The notes beneath the pieces were generated by a model, which saw nothing but the letters and a program-made list of their open reading frames with translations, did no database searches and was not told the DNA's origin. DNA of 36,263 nt, from positions 1-36,263 of the forward strand of contig JAEEXS010000002.1 of assembly GCA_016287855.1 (NCBI GenBank), read 5' to 3'. This DNA is from Clostridia bacterium. GTDB taxonomy: Bacteria; Bacillota; Clostridia; TANB77; RGIG9151. Position 1 is the stretch's first letter. Each line of letters starts with the position of its first letter. Positions 29,112-36,263 of the stretch are shown here, in pieces. The translations under genes and the position numbers were made by a program.

Positions 29112-29263
29112 AATCTTCCTCCTAAAAAACACTTCTACTTTTTTATTTTCGGCACTTTTTTTTATTTAATTAATAAAAAACATAAACTACTTTATTTTTT
29201 TTTATTTTTGACTACGTTATATCTTATTTTCATAAATATCAAAATTAAAGTTTGTTTATTGTA

Positions 29264-29291
29264 ACACCTCTTCCCTCAAAATCATACTATA
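29264..29291 (+). promoter_or_regulatory. possible mother-cell (sigma-K/sigma-E-like) sporulation promoter upstream of the small Cys-rich ORF
   Basis: AC (29264-29265), then 17 nt, then CATACTATA (29283-29291) fits the AC-N17-CATA---TA pattern reported for sigma-K. It lies about 68 nt upstream of the ATG. Such short AT-rich motifs occur by chance. Confidence 0.3.
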
Positions 29292-29358
29292 TATTATCTG
29301 TGCTACATACCAAAACTCATGTGGTTCAGATATTGAAAAACATAGGAGGTGACAGTTA

Positions 29359-29490
29359 ATGGGAAACTGTTGTGGAAATGGTAATAATTGTACTTGGATT
29401 ATACTTATCCTTATAGTTCTAATTTGTTGCTGTGGCAACAATAACGGATTCGGAGGCTGTGGATGTAACAACGGATGTGGATGTGATTAA
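29359..29490 (+). CDS. 43-aa Cys/Gly/Asn-rich small membrane peptide, resembling clostridial YjcZ-like tiny sporulation proteins
   Basis: Not in the ORF track (too short). AGGAGGTGA at 29344-29352 lies 6 nt before the ATG. Translation: MGNCCGNGNNCTWIILILIVLICCCGNNNGFGGCGCNNGCGCD, with 10 Cys, 10 Gly and 9 Asn around a hydrophobic core. Followed by a hairpin terminator. Confidence 0.6.
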   Translation: MGNCCGNGNNCTWIILILIVLICCCGNNNGFGGCGCNNGCGCD

Positions 29491-29512
29491 TTAAATCTCC
29501 AAAAATTTAAAA

Positions 29513-29546
29513 TAAAAAATGAGGACTTTAGTCCCCATTTTTTATT
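29513..29546. terminator. bidirectional terminator shared by the small plus-strand peptide gene and the DUF951 gene
   Basis: Stem aaaaaatGAGGAC / GTCCCCattttt with a TTTA loop (29527-29530) and one A-C mismatch. T-runs lie on both sides in the appropriate orientation. The DUF951 stop codon sits in the loop. Confidence 0.6.
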
Positions 29547-29707
29547 TTTATCATTTTTTCTAACTTAATTCTCGGTATAAGAAGTATATGTCCACAGCCA
29601 GTGCATTTAATCCTATAATCAACTCCAACTCTTAAGACTTCCCATTCAGTAGACCCGCAAGGATGTGGCTTTTTTAATTTTATAATTTCACCTATCTCGT
29701 GTTTCAT
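29528..29707 (-). CDS. DUF951-family small protein (B. subtilis YyzM-like)
   Basis: Not in the ORF track (59 aa). Translation: MKHEIGEIIKLKKPHPCGSTEWEVLRVGVDYRIKCTGCGHILLIPRIKLEKMIKIKNGD. The KKPHPCGS ... R.G.D.RIKC.GCGH pattern is the DUF951 signature as I remember it. The ATG directly abuts the PBP stop (TAGATG). Confidence 0.8.
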   Translation of the reverse strand: MKHEIGEIIKLKKPHPCGSTEWEVLRVGVDYRIKCTGCGHILLIPRIKLEKMIKIKNGD

Positions 29708-31867
29708 CTATATTCCCTCCGGATAATATCCATCCCAATTTGGATTACTATGTACGGTGCAATATATTTTTGGTTCCTTTCCTACTTCAAACCACTCGTT
29801 TCTAGCACTTTCGCCACAATAATCAGTTGCAAGTTCCCCTGAAACAGAACATATTCCATACTGTTTAACTTGCCCTGGTACTGAGAAATTTCTACTTGGT
29901 AAATCTCTATGAATTATATCCATAACTTTTTTAAATATTTGTTTAGGTAACTCTCCACCAACTGAAATTCTAGCTGGGTCATCGTAACCTACCCAAACAC
30001 CAGCAACATAGTATGGTGTGTAACCTACAAACCACTTATCTTTTGTGTCGGAAGTAGACCCTGTCTTTCCTGCAGCTACACTATTAGCAAGTCTTGCAGA
30101 ACGGGCTGTTCCATTATTTACAACACCTACCATAATATTTGTAAGTATATATGCTGTACTGGTGCTAAATACTCGTCTTTCTTCTTTTTTGTTCTGAAGA
30201 ATTATTGTACCATTAGAATCTTCAACCTTTGTATATGTTATAGGTTTTATATATGTTCCACCATTTGCAATCATACCATATGCAGCAGTCCACTCTTTTA
30301 CTGTAACTCCATTTGTTAGACCACCTAATGATAAAGGCGCATAGTTTAAATCCGTACTCTTATTAAGGGTTGTAATTCCCTCTTCAATTAACGCATTATA
30401 TGCTGTTTGTAATCCTATCATCTGAAGAACACGAACTGCAGGTACATTCATAGACTGTTCTATTGCATATCTTACCGTTACATCTCCATAATAAGAATTA
30501 TACCAGTTTGAAGGCGACCAATCCTTACTTCCAGGTATTTTAACTGTAAGAGGTGAATCTGAAATAATAGTAGATGCTGTAACTTTTCCAGCTTCTATTG
30601 CGGGTCCATAAACTGCTAAAGGTTTTATAGTAGAACCCGGCTGCCTTTTGGCTTGAGTTGCTCTATTAAACTCACGTTTACCTGTCTTTTGGCCTCTTCC
30701 TCCAGCCATTCCTACAATATGACCTGTTTTATAATCTAAAATTAACATCGCAGATTCTGGCTGTTTTTCCAAATTTTTAAATACAGAAAAAGTTTCATCC
30801 TCTTTTGTTATATAAATTTCATTAATTGCATTTTGAATTTTCGAGTCCATAGTAGTGTAAATCTTGAGTCCGCCGCCATATATTGCGTTAGATGCCGCAG
30901 CGTCAGTCATTTTCTTCTTTTCTTTTAAGTCTGCAATTACATCCTCTATAACCGCGTCTACAAAATATGAATGTCCAGAATTTTGAGTCTTGCCACCCTT
31001 ATTTATAACTATTTCTTCGTCTAATGCTGCCTTATATTCAGAATCAGATATTTTTCCTAATTCAAGCATTTTCTTTAAAATTACCTTTTGTCTAGTTTTT
31101 GCATTCTCTAAATTAGTAAAAGGATCGTAATAAGAAGGTCTGTTTGTAATTCCGGCAAGCAAAGCACATTCTGCCAAAGTAAGTTCTTTAGGCAACTTTG
31201 AAAAATATAAATTTGCTGCCTCTTTAATGCCATAGGTTGCATTGCCAAAACATATCGTATTAAGATATAGTTCCATTATTTGATCCTTTGTAAGTTCTCT
31301 CTCTAAAAGAACAGCTCTACTCCACTCACGCAACTTCCTATATACACCTTCCATACCTTTAGAAGCTTTATCTTCTGTCATATTTTTTACTAATTGTTGA
31401 GTTATTGTACTACCACCATACGTACCATTTCCACCAGTTTTTACCCAGTTAAAAATCGCACCTGCGGTTCTTTTAAAATCTATTCCATTGTGTTCCAAAA
31501 ATCTTTCATCTTCTATTGATATAAATGCATTAACCAAATACGGCGGGATATCTGTAAGTGAAGATAATGTCCTATTCTCACCACCATGTGCTGTATCTAT
31601 CTCATTTCCATTGGTATCATAAAATATAGTAGATATATTTTTTATCGTATAATCATCTAAATCAATAGTTGGCATATCTGTAGTAATTTTTATCATAAGT
31701 GCTATAGCAACACCAAGGCCTGCAAACATACCAAAAAGCAAGAAAGTAGATATTACGGAACAACCTGTTTTGCGTTTTTCCTTAGCTTTCTTATTCTTCT
31801 TCATTTGCCTATTTAATTTCCTTTCATTTTTCTCTAAATCCCACTTTGCCATATAGACAATCACCAT
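29708..31867 (-). CDS. class A penicillin-binding protein (bifunctional GT51 glycosyltransferase / transpeptidase)
   Basis: N-terminal TM anchor. GT51 motifs IEDERFLEHNGID and GGSTITQQLVKN. Transpeptidase motifs STIKP, SMN and KTGS. The second ATG at 31852 (MAKWDL.., GGTGA 8 nt upstream) is an alternative start. Confidence 0.9.
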   Translation of the reverse strand: MVIVYMAKWDLEKNERKLNRQMKKNKKAKEKRKTGCSVISTFLLFGMFAGLGVAIALMIKITTDMPTIDLDDYTIKNISTIFYDTNGNEIDTAHGGENRTLSSLTDIPPYLVNAFISIEDERFLEHNGIDFKRTAGAIFNWVKTGGNGTYGGSTITQQLVKNMTEDKASKGMEGVYRKLREWSRAVLLERELTKDQIMELYLNTICFGNATYGIKEAANLYFSKLPKELTLAECALLAGITNRPSYYDPFTNLENAKTRQKVILKKMLELGKISDSEYKAALDEEIVINKGGKTQNSGHSYFVDAVIEDVIADLKEKKKMTDAAASNAIYGGGLKIYTTMDSKIQNAINEIYITKEDETFSVFKNLEKQPESAMLILDYKTGHIVGMAGGRGQKTGKREFNRATQAKRQPGSTIKPLAVYGPAIEAGKVTASTIISDSPLTVKIPGSKDWSPSNWYNSYYGDVTVRYAIEQSMNVPAVRVLQMIGLQTAYNALIEEGITTLNKSTDLNYAPLSLGGLTNGVTVKEWTAAYGMIANGGTYIKPITYTKVEDSNGTIILQNKKEERRVFSTSTAYILTNIMVGVVNNGTARSARLANSVAAGKTGSTSDTKDKWFVGYTPYYVAGVWVGYDDPARISVGGELPKQIFKKVMDIIHRDLPSRNFSVPGQVKQYGICSVSGELATDYCGESARNEWFEVGKEPKIYCTVHSNPNWDGYYPEGI

Positions 31868-31874
31868 ACCTTAA

Positions 31875-32864
31875 TTATAAACTTAAATTTGCGGTCGCAT
31901 TTATTCCTAACTCAGCCACTTTCCCATCTAAATAATCATAATATGCTACTGCTCCAATCATAGCCGCATTGTCTGTACAAATTATAGGATCAGGACAGTA
32001 AAATTTTATATTTTCTTCACTTGCTAATTTTTGCATTTTCTCTCTTAACATACTATTAGCCGCAACTCCACCAGCTAAAGCAATTTTATCCACATTATAT
32101 TTTTCCACTGCACGTCTAACATTCGTTATTATAACATCAGTTGCAGCCTCTTCAAAACTTCTACAAACGTCTTCTACCTTAAACTCTTTATTTTTATTTG
32201 TATAATTTATAACTGCAGTTTTTATTCCACTAAAACTAAAATTAAAATTATCAAAAACAGGACGAGGAAAATTACAATTGTCTACTCCGTCTTTAGCAGC
32301 TTTATCTACAAGAGGGCCACCAGGATATCCTAATCCAACAGTTCTTGCTACTTTATCAAAAGCCTCACCTATAGCGTCATCCATTGTTTTCCCCAATATT
32401 TCAAATTTGCTATAGCTTTTCACATTTACTAAATGAGTATGGCCACCTGAGACAACCATACAAATAAAGGGTGGCTCCAAGTCTTTGTTTTGAATAAAAT
32501 TAGCAAAGATATGACCTTTTATATGGTTTACTGGTACAAGTGGCTTTTTTAATGCATACGCCAATCCCTTAGCTGCTGAAAGTCCTACAAGTAATGCTCC
32601 AATTAAACCAGGTCCATATGTTGCACCTATTATATCTATATCATCAAACGTAACATTAGCTTCTTTTAATGCTTCTTCTATAACAATATTTATACATTCT
32701 GTATGTTGGCGAGATGCAATCTCTGGGACCACTCCGCCGTATTTTTTATGTATATCAATTTGAGAGAAAATTATATTAGATAAAACTTCGCGTCCGTTTT
32801 TTACGACGGCGGCAGCAGTTTCATCGCAACTACTCTCAATTGCTAAGCAAATTATGTCTTTCAT
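31875..32864 (-). CDS. tsaD: tRNA N6-adenosine threonylcarbamoyltransferase TsaD
   Basis: 329 aa. N-terminal [14 protein letters not shown], metal site VNHIKGHI, and GGVAANS. Confidence 0.9.
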   Translation of the reverse strand: MKDIICLAIESSCDETAAAVVKNGREVLSNIIFSQIDIHKKYGGVVPEIASRQHTECINIVIEEALKEANVTFDDIDIIGATYGPGLIGALLVGLSAAKGLAYALKKPLVPVNHIKGHIFANFIQNKDLEPPFICMVVSGGHTHLVNVKSYSKFEILGKTMDDAIGEAFDKVARTVGLGYPGGPLVDKAAKDGVDNCNFPRPVFDNFNFSFSGIKTAVINYTNKNKEFKVEDVCRSFEEAATDVIITNVRRAVEKYNVDKIALAGGVAANSMLREKMQKLASEENIKFYCPDPIICTDNAAMIGAVAYYDYLDGKVAELGINATANLSL

Positions 32865-32894
32865 AAAACCACCGGTTATATTCTAACACATTTT

Positions 32895-32937
32895 AAAAAA
32901 AATTGCCACTACATTTAAAATGTAGTGGCAATTTTTT
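32895..32937 (-). terminator. strong rho-independent terminator after ddl
   Basis: Perfect 13-bp stem: aattgccactaca (32901-32913) pairs with tgtagtggcaatt (32921-32933). 7-nt loop, with A/T runs on both sides. Overlaps the ddl stop codon. Confidence 0.8.
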
Positions 32938-34129
32938 AAACCTTACCTTTACTGCCACCAAGTTTTATACCTGCTAAAACATTAGTATCAAAGGAATAAG
33001 TAACTGTATCTTCTTCTCTCTTTCTCTTTAACGCAAGATTTACGACCTCATCTAATAAATCTGCGAAACTAACCCCAGTCGCCTCCCAAAGATAAAATGA
33101 AAGTGAACCAGGTGTAGTATTAATTTCATTAAACCAAATTTCTTTAGTTTCATCATTTAACAAAAAGTCAATTCTTACGACGCCATTGCAACCCAATGCC
33201 TTAAACGCATCAACTGCATATTCTTGAATTTTCTCTTTTGTATCTTGAGGAATGTCTGCCGGTAGTTTTCTCTTTGTACTACTCATACCCTTTGAACCTG
33301 TTTTTCCATCCTTGCCCGACTTTCCACCAGATAAATACTTGTCTTGATAACTAAGTATTTCATCTGCATTTATTGGCTCTTCACACTCCGAAGGCTTTGC
33401 ATACTCATAATCTCCCAAAACTGAACAATTTATTTCACGAAGAGGTTCTACTGCATGTTCTACCAAAACTCTAAGTGAAAATTCAAAGCCATAGTCTATT
33501 GCATCTTCTAATTCTTCTCTATTCTTAACTTTCCTAATTCCAACGCTCGAGCCTAAATTAATTGGTTTAACAATCATAGGATATTCAATGTCTTTTTCAA
33601 TGTCTTCTAAAATAGTCTTTTGATTTTTATTATATTTCTTCATATCAAAGCATTTAGCTGGTAAAACAGGTATGCCATATTCTTTTAATATAGCTTTTTG
33701 CGCAAATTTATCCATGCCAACTGCTGAAGATAATACATCGCATTCGCAATATGGAATATCTAACATATGTAAAAATCCTGCAAGACAACCATCTTCAACA
33801 TTAGTTCCATGTACTACAGGGAAGGCCACATCAATATAATCTACTTCTTTTTTAAATAATTTCATAGGATGCAAATATAATTTTACTTTACCCTCGTCAT
33901 TTTGCAATATTACTCTTTGGCTCTTCTTTATAATATTAGGGATATCCCTATACTCCTCTATATTTTTTAGGATTTCCCCAGTATAAAACTTATCGTCCTT
34001 GGAAATATAGATAGGCACAACATCATATTTTTCTTTATCAAACGCCGCCATAGCTTGAACTGCACTAATTATTGAGATTTCATGTTCTACGCTTCTACCT
34101 CCAAACAATACGCCAACTTTGATTTTCAT
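32936..34129 (-). CDS. ddl: D-alanine--D-alanine ligase family protein with an insertion in the omega-loop region
   Basis: I start it at ATG 34129 (MKIKVGVLFGG; GGAGGG at 34136-34141), not the track start at 34177. Motifs GGRSVEHEIS, HGTNVEDG, KPINLGSSVGI and NEINTTPG. Confidence 0.85.
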   Translation of the reverse strand: MKIKVGVLFGGRSVEHEISIISAVQAMAAFDKEKYDVVPIYISKDDKFYTGEILKNIEEYRDIPNIIKKSQRVILQNDEGKVKLYLHPMKLFKKEVDYIDVAFPVVHGTNVEDGCLAGFLHMLDIPYCECDVLSSAVGMDKFAQKAILKEYGIPVLPAKCFDMKKYNKNQKTILEDIEKDIEYPMIVKPINLGSSVGIRKVKNREELEDAIDYGFEFSLRVLVEHAVEPLREINCSVLGDYEYAKPSECEEPINADEILSYQDKYLSGGKSGKDGKTGSKGMSSTKRKLPADIPQDTKEKIQEYAVDAFKALGCNGVVRIDFLLNDETKEIWFNEINTTPGSLSFYLWEATGVSFADLLDEVVNLALKRKREEDTVTYSFDTNVLAGIKLGGSKGKV

Positions 34130-34154
34130 AATAATCCCTCCTAAAAAATATATT

Positions 34155-35711
34155 CTAATAATTGTCTGGTAAATCATTCTCTATTAAGATAAACTTTTCC
34201 TTTTCGCAATTTATCTTATTTATCCAATCCATACCTTCTCTAAAAGAATTAGCTATAAACAATCTATCTTTATTAAATTTTTCATCATTTATTCCTTCAT
34301 AAATCGGTTTTGCTTGCTCTTTTCCAACAAGTACAATATAATCGCAAACTTTTGCTATATTTTTCCCAAATTCTTTATTTAACTCATCTTGCTTTGCACC
34401 TAGCTCAACCATACCAGGAGTTATTATAATTTTAGCTCCATCAAAACAATTTAATGTATCTAACGCAATTTTCGCTCCTACTGGGTTTGAGTTATATGCA
34501 TCATCAATTATAGTACTATTACTTCCTCTTACAAGCTCTAAACGATGAGGTACTGCTTCTAATCGTTTAACCGCATAGACTAGCTCCTCCATCGGCACGC
34601 CAAGCTCTACCGCAACCGCAATAGCTCCTGTGATATTTTCAACATTATGTCGTCCAATGAGTTTAGTCTTAAATTCCTGTTTTTCCCCTTTACTACTTAC
34701 CACCGTAAAACTAGATCCTTTTGAGTTAACTTCAACATTCTCAGCCTTATACGAAACGCCATTAACCTCTACCCCATAACTTACCACATTTTTATTGCAT
34801 TCTTTATTCTTTATATACTCATTTCCATAGTTTAAAAATACTTTTCCATCTTCAGGAATAGAATCTGCTAACTCAAACTTAGTATTAATAACATTTTCAA
34901 TATTGAAAAACGTTTCTAAATGCTGCGGTCCTATCGAAGATATTATACCATATTTAGGATGAACTAAATCACAAATTTCTTTTATATCTCCAACATGCCT
35001 TGCACCCATTTCGCACAAAAATATTTCATGGGTAGCATTAAGGTTTTCTCGAATAGTACGAACCACGCCCAAAGTAGTATTAAAATTGCCTGGCGTCATC
35101 ACTACGTTATACTTTAACGAAAGAAGTCTATTTAAGAAGTACTTTGTACTGGTTTTTCCATAGCTACCTGTAATTCCAATTATAGTAAGATTGGGCATTT
35201 GCTTTAATATATTTTTTGCCTCTTTTATAAACTTATTATTTACATGCTTTTCAATAGGTGAATTTATTATATTTGCAAGCATCACTAAAAACGGTAATAA
35301 AAACGTCCAAATTGCAAGAACAATACATATCTGCCATAAGGTTAAATACATCATAGCAAGGAATGTTACGATTAAGTTTATAACTCCCATAGTGCCTAAA
35401 AGTCTAGTGAGTCTATTAGTATATACTAGTGGCTTTTTATATTTTCTTTTTCTATTAACAATAAACATAATTATATAGCTTATTCCCGTTCCTACGGCTA
35501 AAACTACAAAGTTATTAATAAAACTTAAGATTATAGGGAAAACAAGCCATATATTTCTTAAAAGAATATCTTTCTTCCATTTACTCTTTATCCAATTAAA
35601 ATGAGATAACGCCTGATAAGAGTTTAATTGATACATATGTAAATAGAAAAACATCGTAAGATTTAGATTTATAAAAAACATAGAAAAAAGTAAGCTTTTT
35701 ATAATAACCAT
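34155..35711 (-). CDS. MurF-like Mur ligase with a polytopic N-terminal membrane domain
   Basis: 518 aa. Residues ~1-150 form 4-5 hydrophobic helices. Then GITGSYGKTSTK (Mur ligase P-loop), GRHNVENI, DDAYNSNP (MurF-type motif) and PGMVELG. AGGAGG lies 7 nt upstream of the ATG, which directly abuts the upstream stop. Confidence 0.8.
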   Translation of the reverse strand: MVIIKSLLFSMFFINLNLTMFFYLHMYQLNSYQALSHFNWIKSKWKKDILLRNIWLVFPIILSFINNFVVLAVGTGISYIIMFIVNRKRKYKKPLVYTNRLTRLLGTMGVINLIVTFLAMMYLTLWQICIVLAIWTFLLPFLVMLANIINSPIEKHVNNKFIKEAKNILKQMPNLTIIGITGSYGKTSTKYFLNRLLSLKYNVVMTPGNFNTTLGVVRTIRENLNATHEIFLCEMGARHVGDIKEICDLVHPKYGIISSIGPQHLETFFNIENVINTKFELADSIPEDGKVFLNYGNEYIKNKECNKNVVSYGVEVNGVSYKAENVEVNSKGSSFTVVSSKGEKQEFKTKLIGRHNVENITGAIAVAVELGVPMEELVYAVKRLEAVPHRLELVRGSNSTIIDDAYNSNPVGAKIALDTLNCFDGAKIIITPGMVELGAKQDELNKEFGKNIAKVCDYIVLVGKEQAKPIYEGINDEKFNKDRLFIANSFREGMDWINKINCEKEKFILIENDLPDNY

Positions 35712-36263
35712 TTACTTGCCTCCTAGGAATGAATCTATAACTGCGCAAAATGTAAAATAATCCTCTAAAAAGGAGTAATGCCCAGCATTTTTTAATACAA
35801 CTAGCCCTGCATCAGGTATCTTTTCCTCCATAATTTTGGCGTCGCTTAAAGGAGTCGCTGTATCTCTTTCTCCCCAAATCAGTAAAGTAGGTACATCAAT
35901 ATTCGGTAGCATATCTGTTAAATCTTCATTTACTGTTTTAACTAAAACCTGTTTCATGAGAGGGCTTGCCATCCTATAGTCTAAAGAGCCCGATTTATTT
36001 TTTAATTTTTCTAGTGCATTTGGAAATATTTTTTGAGAAAGCTTGTTACTAACTACTTTTTTGCAAAACTTAAACCATTTTTGTTTTATCTTATTTTTTC
36101 TACTTATTTTAGCTTTAATTCCAGCACTATCTATTAAAACAATCTTTTTTACTTTAAAATTTCGTTCTTTATTTGTCATAATCCTTATTATTACTCTTCC
36201 ACCGAAATAATGCCTCTTTAAATTATTATTATTTAGCTTTATTTTTTCTATAGATTTAACCTT
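35712..36263 (-). CDS. alpha/beta-hydrolase-fold protein; N-terminus lies beyond the right window edge
   Basis: The track starts it at M 36179, but the frame stays open to nt 36263 (KVKSIEKIKLNNNNLKRHYFGGRVIIRIM...). Downstream are LIDSAG, WGERDTATP (acid residue) and NAGHYSFLED (His). Confidence 0.7.
   Translation of the reverse strand, partial: KVKSIEKIKLNNNNLKRHYFGGRVIIRIMTNKERNFKVKKIVLIDSAGIKAKISRKNKIKQKWFKFCKKVVSNKLSQKIFPNALEKLKNKSGSLDYRMASPLMKQVLVKTVNEDLTDMLPNIDVPTLLIWGERDTATPLSDAKIMEEKIPDAGLVVLKNAGHYSFLEDYFTFCAVIDSFLGGK

Noticed and set aside
28495-29169. Two long plus-strand ORFs (110 and 111 aa) and a minus-strand out-of-frame ORF (28534-28812) over the 5' part of the Cys-rich gene
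   Set aside because: They are frame shadows of the GC-rich Pro/Thr and Ala/Gly repeat tracts. Their translations are poly-V/G/T or poly-A/P low complexity. The in-frame minus-strand gene has a signal peptide, an SD and a continuous 979-aa product.
29131-29210. Homopolymeric T tracts (6-9 nt) in the divergent promoter region, as possible phase-variation switches
   Set aside because: Such tracts are common in intergenic DNA of AT-rich genomes. None lies in a coding frame or demonstrably between -35 and -10 elements, so there is no specific support.
29256-29471. 71-aa minus-strand ORF (MLHPQPPNPLLLPQQQ...) reported by the track in the intergenic region
   Set aside because: It is antisense to the 43-aa peptide ORF, which has a near-perfect AGGAGGTGA SD and a terminator. 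The 71-aa frame has no SD and a low-complexity translation, and it would run through the divergent promoter region.
32865-32900. Possible extended -10 promoter (TGtTAGAAT, 32880-32888) for tsaD
   Set aside because: The predicted start site would fall on or after the only SD-like sequence (GGTGG at 32869-32873), only about 8 nt from the ATG. No -35 element is present. I left it uncalled.
34130-34177. N-terminal extension of ddl (MIYQTIIRIYFLGGII) overlapping the MurF-like gene
   Set aside because: GGAGGG sits at ideal spacing before the internal ATG at 34129. MKIKVGVLFGG is the standard Ddl N-terminus.
1-36263. Mobile elements, prophage remnants, rRNA/tRNA genes, riboswitch-like leaders
   Set aside because: I recognised no transposase, integrase, phage structural genes or inverted terminal repeats. 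The non-coding intervals are short (31-247 nt) and showed no cloverleaf-like or conserved leader structures on inspection.

Overview
AT-rich chromosomal segment that looks like a Clostridia-type, low-GC, flagellated spore-former. The taxon is inferred from gene content and synteny only. I call 27 protein-coding genes. 25 are on the minus strand, mostly with junctions of 0-25 nt or overlapping stop/start codons. I found no rRNA, tRNA, CRISPR array, transposase or integrase. Left end: the conserved origin-proximal housekeeping block hemW > gdpP > rplI > dnaB > tilS > hpt > ftsH, read on the minus strand, preceded by a three-SLH-domain wall protein. Middle: a late flagellar block (flgN, two tandem FlgK paralogs, flgL) sits directly behind hslO. 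Upstream of hslO lies a tightly coupled cassette, ybeY > UvrD-like helicase > Cas4-type Fe-S nuclease > minimal nucleotidyltransferase. Right of that is an 8.4-kb two-gene block encoding a 979-aa secreted Cys/His-rich modular protein and a 1797-aa secreted LRR / B-repeat giant protein. Two small genes are missing from the ORF track: a 43-aa Cys/Gly/Asn-rich membrane peptide on the plus strand and a 59-aa DUF951 protein. Right end: class A PBP, tsaD, and a coupled trio of alpha/beta-hydrolase-like protein > membrane-anchored MurF-like ligase > Ddl with an omega-loop insertion. Candidates most worth follow-up: the helicase/nuclease/NTase cassette, the Cys/His-rich plus LRR surface pair, the FlgK paralog with a vWA-like insert, and the MurF-like ligase whose N-terminal domain is replaced by a polytopic membrane domain. 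All functional calls rest on motifs I read in the translations. No database search was run.
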